A stretch of 64,000 bases of DNA, taken from contig WGMQ01000004.1 in NCBI GenBank assembly GCA_016125005.1, positions 77,249 through 141,248 on the forward strand, written 5' to 3'. The translations under genes and the position numbers were made by a program. This stretch comes from a bacterium. Its GTDB lineage: Bacteria > Sumerlaeota > Sumerlaeia > SLMS01. The notes beneath the pieces are model-generated. The model saw nothing but the letters and a program-made list of their open reading frames with translations. It was not told where the DNA came from and did no database searches. Shown here piece by piece: positions 59,681 to 64,000 of the stretch (position 1 is the stretch's first letter; each line of letters begins with the position of its first letter).

Positions 59681-60291
59681 GGCTGCTCCTTCCATAGCTT
59701 CCGGAGCTGGGTTCGGGCGCGCTGGAGCAGCGATTCGAACCCCTTCTCGGTCAGCTCCATCGCCTCGCCTGCCTCGCGGAGGGACAACTCCTCATCGTAG
59801 AAGAGAGCGATGGACAGGCGCTGGCGTGGAGGAAGTTGCTCGATGAGCAAGGCCATGCGGCGGTCCTCGGATTCTCTCTCAAGGCGCAGGCGGATCGAGG
59901 GGGAAAGGTCCGGCGGATCGTAGTCGTCCCGGAGCATACCGGGACGCTTCTTCCGAAGGAAGTCGATGCACTGACGGGAGAGCATGGTCGCCAGATATCC
60001 GCGGAGGCTGCCGCGGGGTTGCCATTTCGGAGCGTTGACCCAGAGCTTGAGAAAGACCTCCTGGGCGATGTCCTCGGCTTCGTCGGCGTCCCTGAGGATA
60101 CGAGTGGCGAAGGTGCGGGCCCAGTGCTCGTGCTCGCGGACCAGAATGGCAAAGGCCTGCTGGTCTCCACCGCCAACGCGCTTCATGAGACTGGCTTCGT
60201 CCATGGCGAACGACTGTTCGCATCTGGGGGCAGCGGACAGCCAGACTGATTCGATGATCGTCGGGATGAGATTGGCCAGGGAGATTGTCAT
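59677..60291 (-). CDS. ECF sigma factor
   Basis: GDQQAF, AEDIAQEVFLKLW, CIDFLR, LPPRQR and region 4 HTH. Start may be ATG 60204. Confidence 0.93.
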   Translation of the reverse strand: MTISLANLIPTIIESVWLSAAPRCEQSFAMDEASLMKRVGGGDQQAFAILVREHEHWARTFATRILRDADEAEDIAQEVFLKLWVNAPKWQPRGSLRGYLATMLSRQCIDFLRKKRPGMLRDDYDPPDLSPSIRLRLERESEDRRMALLIEQLPPRQRLSIALFYDEELSLREAGEAMELTEKGFESLLQRARTQLRKLWKEQP

Positions 60292-60575
60292 GATGATGGA
60301 TCCTGCCTTGGGGGCGGTTCGAGCGGAGGGTATGATGAGGGCGGCACGGGCGGGAGGTCACCCGAAAAGGCCTTCGACGGTGTAACGGTGTCTTGGCGTT
60401 TGTTCCTTCGAGCGGGGAGGTGAGTTTTTTCTCTTGCTGGCTTGGGACAGCGGGGCCTTTACTCCCGCTCCCTTTCGGGCGGCGCCCTCGCGGTGCACCC
60501 GCAAGCCTGTCTTTCGACGGGAACCCCCAATCGAATCCAGGTCCATCCTGAACGCGTCAGCAAGGAGTGCATTCC

Positions 60576-62033
60576 GTGACCGAGTTGGCTGAAAAGAAGA
60601 AAAACCAGGGCGGCGACGGCTCGACCCTGCAGGCTGTCCTCGAGAAGAAGTCCGAGGTCATTGCCTACGAAGTCGTGGAAGAAGAGAAGATCCCTGGCTC
60701 GCGCGTGCGCTTCAAGCTGAAGCTGACCGAGGAGGCTATCGCCTCGCGCCTCGAGGAGACGATCAACGAGTTCAGCAAGTCGATCCGCCTGCCCGGCTTC
60801 CGCCCCGGCAAGGCCCCCAAGACGCTCGTTCGCCGCCAGTACGAGAACGCCGCGCGTGAGGAAACCCTCAAGCGCATGGTCGCCCGCCTGACCGAGCTCT
60901 TCACGGCGGACCGCAAGTACGAGACCCTGTCCCAGCCCTACCTGCTCGCCTGGACCAGCTCCCGCGAGGCCGGCTCGACCATCGAGCTCGCCATTGAGGT
61001 CCAGCCCGAGATCGTCATCAACGACGAGATCCTTGCCGACCTGAAGGCTGAGGCCCACCGCGTCGCCATCGACGAGGATTACGTCAACCAGTCCCTCGAG
61101 ACCATGCGCGAGCGCGCTGCCACCTTCGAGCCGACGGAAGAAGCCTACCGCGCGAAGGACGGCATGCTGCTCAACTGCACCGTGACCTCCCCCGCCGGTG
61201 ATGTCATCTCTGACCGTTGCGCCTCCGATTATTACACGGTGCGCATCGAGGAAGAGATGCCCGAGGCGGTTGCCGCTGCCCTCGTTGGCAAGAAGAAGGG
61301 CGACAAGGTTGAACTCGACGTGGTCGAGGACGTGGAAGGCGCTCCCGCCGGAACCGTTGAGACTGTCCACTACGCGGTGGAAGTGCTCGAGGTGAAGGCC
61401 CGCGTGCTCCCGACGCTCGACGACGAGTTCGCCAAGGACGTCAACGAAGCCCACCAGAGCCTCGAAGACCTGCGCAAGGCCACCCGTGAGGGTGCCAGCA
61501 GCAGCGAGGAAACCCGTCAGCGCGAGGAAGTGCTCGGCGGCATCCTGTCGGTGCTCCGCAGTCGCCTCGACTTCGACCTGCCCCGTGCCCTCGTGGAAAA
61601 CACCACGCAGCAGTCGGTCATGGACACGGAGAAGCGCCTCAACCAGTACGGCATCTCGCTGCGCCAGATGGACGAATCCATCGTCCGCAGCTACGCCGCC
61701 CGCATGCGCGAACAGGCCAAGGTCAACGTCAAGAACGCGCTCATCCTGCGCGCCCTCAGCAAGCACCTGAACGTCACCCCGACGGAGGCCCAGATCGAGG
61801 AGTCCCTCGAGTCGCTCTCCAAGCGGACCGGACGCAAGGCCCTTGCGGTCCGCGCCCAGCTCGAGAAGAACAAGCAGTGGGATCAGTTCATTCAGGATCT
61901 CACCATGAAGCTCACGAACGACGCGCTCATCGCCAAGGCGGCGGTCAGCTACAAGGACGTCAGCTTCGCCGAGTTCTCCGTGATTCAGCGCAAGGCCCAG
62001 GAAGAACAGGCCGCGAACTTGCGTCTCGGATAA
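60576..62033 (+). CDS. tig: Trigger factor
   Basis: PGFRPGKAP signature and LPTLDDEFAK. AAGGAG SD before GTG 60576. Lies upstream of clpP. Confidence 0.92.
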   Translation: MTELAEKKKNQGGDGSTLQAVLEKKSEVIAYEVVEEEKIPGSRVRFKLKLTEEAIASRLEETINEFSKSIRLPGFRPGKAPKTLVRRQYENAAREETLKRMVARLTELFTADRKYETLSQPYLLAWTSSREAGSTIELAIEVQPEIVINDEILADLKAEAHRVAIDEDYVNQSLETMRERAATFEPTEEAYRAKDGMLLNCTVTSPAGDVISDRCASDYYTVRIEEEMPEAVAAALVGKKKGDKVELDVVEDVEGAPAGTVETVHYAVEVLEVKARVLPTLDDEFAKDVNEAHQSLEDLRKATREGASSSEETRQREEVLGGILSVLRSRLDFDLPRALVENTTQQSVMDTEKRLNQYGISLRQMDESIVRSYAARMREQAKVNVKNALILRALSKHLNVTPTEAQIEESLESLSKRTGRKALAVRAQLEKNKQWDQFIQDLTMKLTNDALIAKAAVSYKDVSFAEFSVIQRKAQEEQAANLRLG

Positions 62034-62044
62034 CAAGAAGACAC

Positions 62045-62073
62045 GCTGCGGGGCCGCTTGACGGCCCCGCAGC
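62045..62073 (+). terminator. Stem-loop after tig
   Basis: GCTGCGGGGCCG-cttga-CGGCCCCGCAGC, with only a weak U-tract. Confidence 0.5.
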
Positions 62074-62100
62074 CATTTCCAACACAGAGGTTCGTCCGCC

Positions 62101-62844
62101 ATGTCCTGGAAAAACCAGCTCCCCGCAGAATACTGGTCCGGATTGCTCCAAGGCGAAGAACGCGGCAGGGATCTTGGCCTCATTTCCTCCCGGTCACCGC
62201 GCCTCGACGAGGATGACGACGACCTCGGCTACTACATCATCCCGCACCCGATGGTCTACGAAGAGACGGAGCGCGGCTCGCAACGCTTCGACCTCTACTC
62301 GCGCCTCCTACGCGACCGCATCATTTTCATGGGCAGCGAGGTCAACGACCGCGTCGCCAACCTGATCACGGCTCAGCTCCTTTTCCTGGAAACGCAGGAC
62401 CCGGACAAGGACGTGAACTTCTACATCAACTCGCCCGGTGGGTCGATCAGCGCCGGCATGGGTGTCTATGACACAATGCAGCTCGTGCGCTGCGACGTCG
62501 CGACGGTCTGCATTGGCCAGGCGGCCAGCATGGGGTCGTTCCTCCTTTGCGCCGGAGCCAAGGGCAAGCGCGGGTCGCTGCCCCATTCCCGCATCATGAT
62601 CCATCAGCCCGCCATCGGCACCATCCGCGGGCAGGTGACGGACCTGAATATCCAGTACCAGGAAATGATGCGCGTGCGCGAGATGGTCTATGGGACCATC
62701 GCCAAGCATTGCGGTCGTCCCTTCGAGCAAGTTGCCGAGGCCTGTTACCGCGACAACTTCATGTCCCCCGCCCAGGCGCGTGACTTTGGCCTGATCGACA
62801 ACATCATCGAGCGCCAGCCGGGCGTCACCTCGCCCGCCGCCTGA
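62101..62844 (+). CDS. clpP: ATP-dependent Clp protease proteolytic subunit
   Basis: DLYSRLLRDRII, YINSPGGS, AASMG (Ser), MIHQP (His) and RDNFM (Asp). Confidence 0.96.
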   Translation: MSWKNQLPAEYWSGLLQGEERGRDLGLISSRSPRLDEDDDDLGYYIIPHPMVYEETERGSQRFDLYSRLLRDRIIFMGSEVNDRVANLITAQLLFLETQDPDKDVNFYINSPGGSISAGMGVYDTMQLVRCDVATVCIGQAASMGSFLLCAGAKGKRGSLPHSRIMIHQPAIGTIRGQVTDLNIQYQEMMRVREMVYGTIAKHCGRPFEQVAEACYRDNFMSPAQARDFGLIDNIIERQPGVTSPAA

Positions 62845-62879
62845 CCGCTCCCCTACTTATCCCACAAGGCTGATCCTTC

Positions 62880-64000
62880 ATGATTATCCCCTCGATTGAC
62901 CTGATGGACGGCCAGGCCGTTCAGCTTGTCGGCGGCAAGGCCGAGTCCCGCCGTGACGACCGTACCTATGGCGACCCGATTCCCTTGGCGAAGAAGTTCC
63001 GCCTGGCGGGCGAGATTGCCGTCATCGACCTGGATGCGGCCCTCGGCAAGGGCTCCAACATGGAGACCATCAAGAAGCTACTCCCCATTGCCCGCTGTCG
63101 CGTGGGCGGTGGCATTCGCTCCCTTGAGAAGGCCATCGAGTGGCTCGACGCCGGTGCGCATCGCATCATCCTCGGAACCGCCGCCAAGCCGGAGATCCTC
63201 CGCGAACTCCCTCGCGCCCGCGTGATTGCCGCCCTTGATGCCAACGACGGCGATGTGGTGGTGGAGGGCTGGACCAAGAAGACCGGTGCGTCGATTGTCG
63301 ACCGCATCCACGAGTTGCGCGACTACGTCGGCGGGTTTCTGGTGACCTTCGTCGAGCGTGAAGGCCGCATGGGCGGCACCAACATGGACCGCGTCGCGGA
63401 GATCGTCGCCGCCGCGGGCAAGCACTGCCGCGTGACCATCGCGGGCGGTGTGACCACCGCCGCCGAAATCGCCCAGCTTGATCGAAGCGGCGCCGATGCG
63501 CAGGTCGGCATGGCCATCTATACGGGGCAGCTTGACTTCGGCGACGCCATCAGCGCCCCGTTCATCACCGATCGTCCCGACGGCCTTTTCTCGACGGTGG
63601 TTTGCGACGAGGCCGGTCGGTCGCTCGGACTTGCCTACAGCTCGCACGAGAGCCTTCGCGAAGCAGTGCGCCGCGGCGTTGGTGTCTACCAGTCGCGCAA
63701 GCGCGGCCTTTGGGTGAAGGGCGAGTCGAGCGGCAACATGCAGGAACTCTTGGAAATCACGCCAGACTGCGATCGCGACGCGATTCGCTTCACGGTGCGC
63801 CAGAAGGGTGGCGGTTATTGCCACCTGCCGCAGTGGACCTGCTTTGGCGACGACCGGGGCCTGAGCCGCCTGGAGCGCCTTCTCGAAGCGCGTCGCCACG
63901 ACGCGCCTGCGGGCTCTTACACGGCGCGCCTCTTCAACGACAAGGAACTGCTCGGCAAGAAGCTGGTCGAGGAAGCGCGCGAGTTGGCGCAGGCGGCCAG
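62880..64000 (+). CDS. HisA-HisI-HisE fusion protein, partial (runs off right edge)
   Basis: Manual translation: MIIPSIDL..G.AVQL, IDLDAA, VGGGIRS, ALD..(HisA); DRPDGL, SRKRGLWVKGESSGN, DCDRD, CH..TCF (HisI); GSYTARLF, KKLVEEA (HisE). Confidence 0.9.
   Translation, partial: MIIPSIDLMDGQAVQLVGGKAESRRDDRTYGDPIPLAKKFRLAGEIAVIDLDAALGKGSNMETIKKLLPIARCRVGGGIRSLEKAIEWLDAGAHRIILGTAAKPEILRELPRARVIAALDANDGDVVVEGWTKKTGASIVDRIHELRDYVGGFLVTFVEREGRMGGTNMDRVAEIVAAAGKHCRVTIAGGVTTAAEIAQLDRSGADAQVGMAIYTGQLDFGDAISAPFITDRPDGLFSTVVCDEAGRSLGLAYSSHESLREAVRRGVGVYQSRKRGLWVKGESSGNMQELLEITPDCDRDAIRFTVRQKGGGYCHLPQWTCFGDDRGLSRLERLLEARRHDAPAGSYTARLFNDKELLGKKLVEEARELAQAA

Noticed and set aside
58824-60291. ECF sigma / anti-sigma / Spy-like trio as novel
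   Set aside because: Common, well-known arrangement.
60459-63899. Minus-strand ORFs 60459..62183 and 63078..63899
   Set aside because: Antisense to tig and to the his fusion.

Overview
GC-rich bacterial chromosome segment, about 55 genes, with no rRNA, tRNA, CRISPR array, integrase or transposase that I could recognise. Several features suggest a PVC-like or Ca. Sumerlaeota-type organism, though this is inference only: many Hanks kinases, a DUF1501/DUF1800 pair, DPF-rich secreted proteins and a C-terminal 'HWELWK' tail. Housekeeping genes include icd, ilvN, dxs, panD, a UbiD-family decarboxylase, yicC, tig, clpP and a hisA-hisI-hisE fusion that runs off the edge. Most notable: (1) a cobalamin riboswitch in front of a lone secreted seven-bladed beta-propeller protein, a candidate new B12-capture protein; (2) a six-gene envelope cluster at 2.3-9.4 kb with a ~1065-aa lipoprotein of tandem DUF4398-like helical repeats, two small paralogues, an unannotated 43-aa membrane peptide and a secreted PFG-repeat protein; (3) several apparently catalytically dead enzymes: two coupled pseudokinases, a pseudo-histidine kinase and a DegT-family protein with Lys->Arg; (4) an unannotated Val/Leu leader-peptide attenuator in front of a monocistronic ilvN; (5) a decaying AT-richer island of paralogous membrane-anchored proteins; (6) a probable CTG start codon for oppC; (7) REP/REPIN-like inverted repeats. 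All family calls come from reading motifs by eye; no database searches were run.
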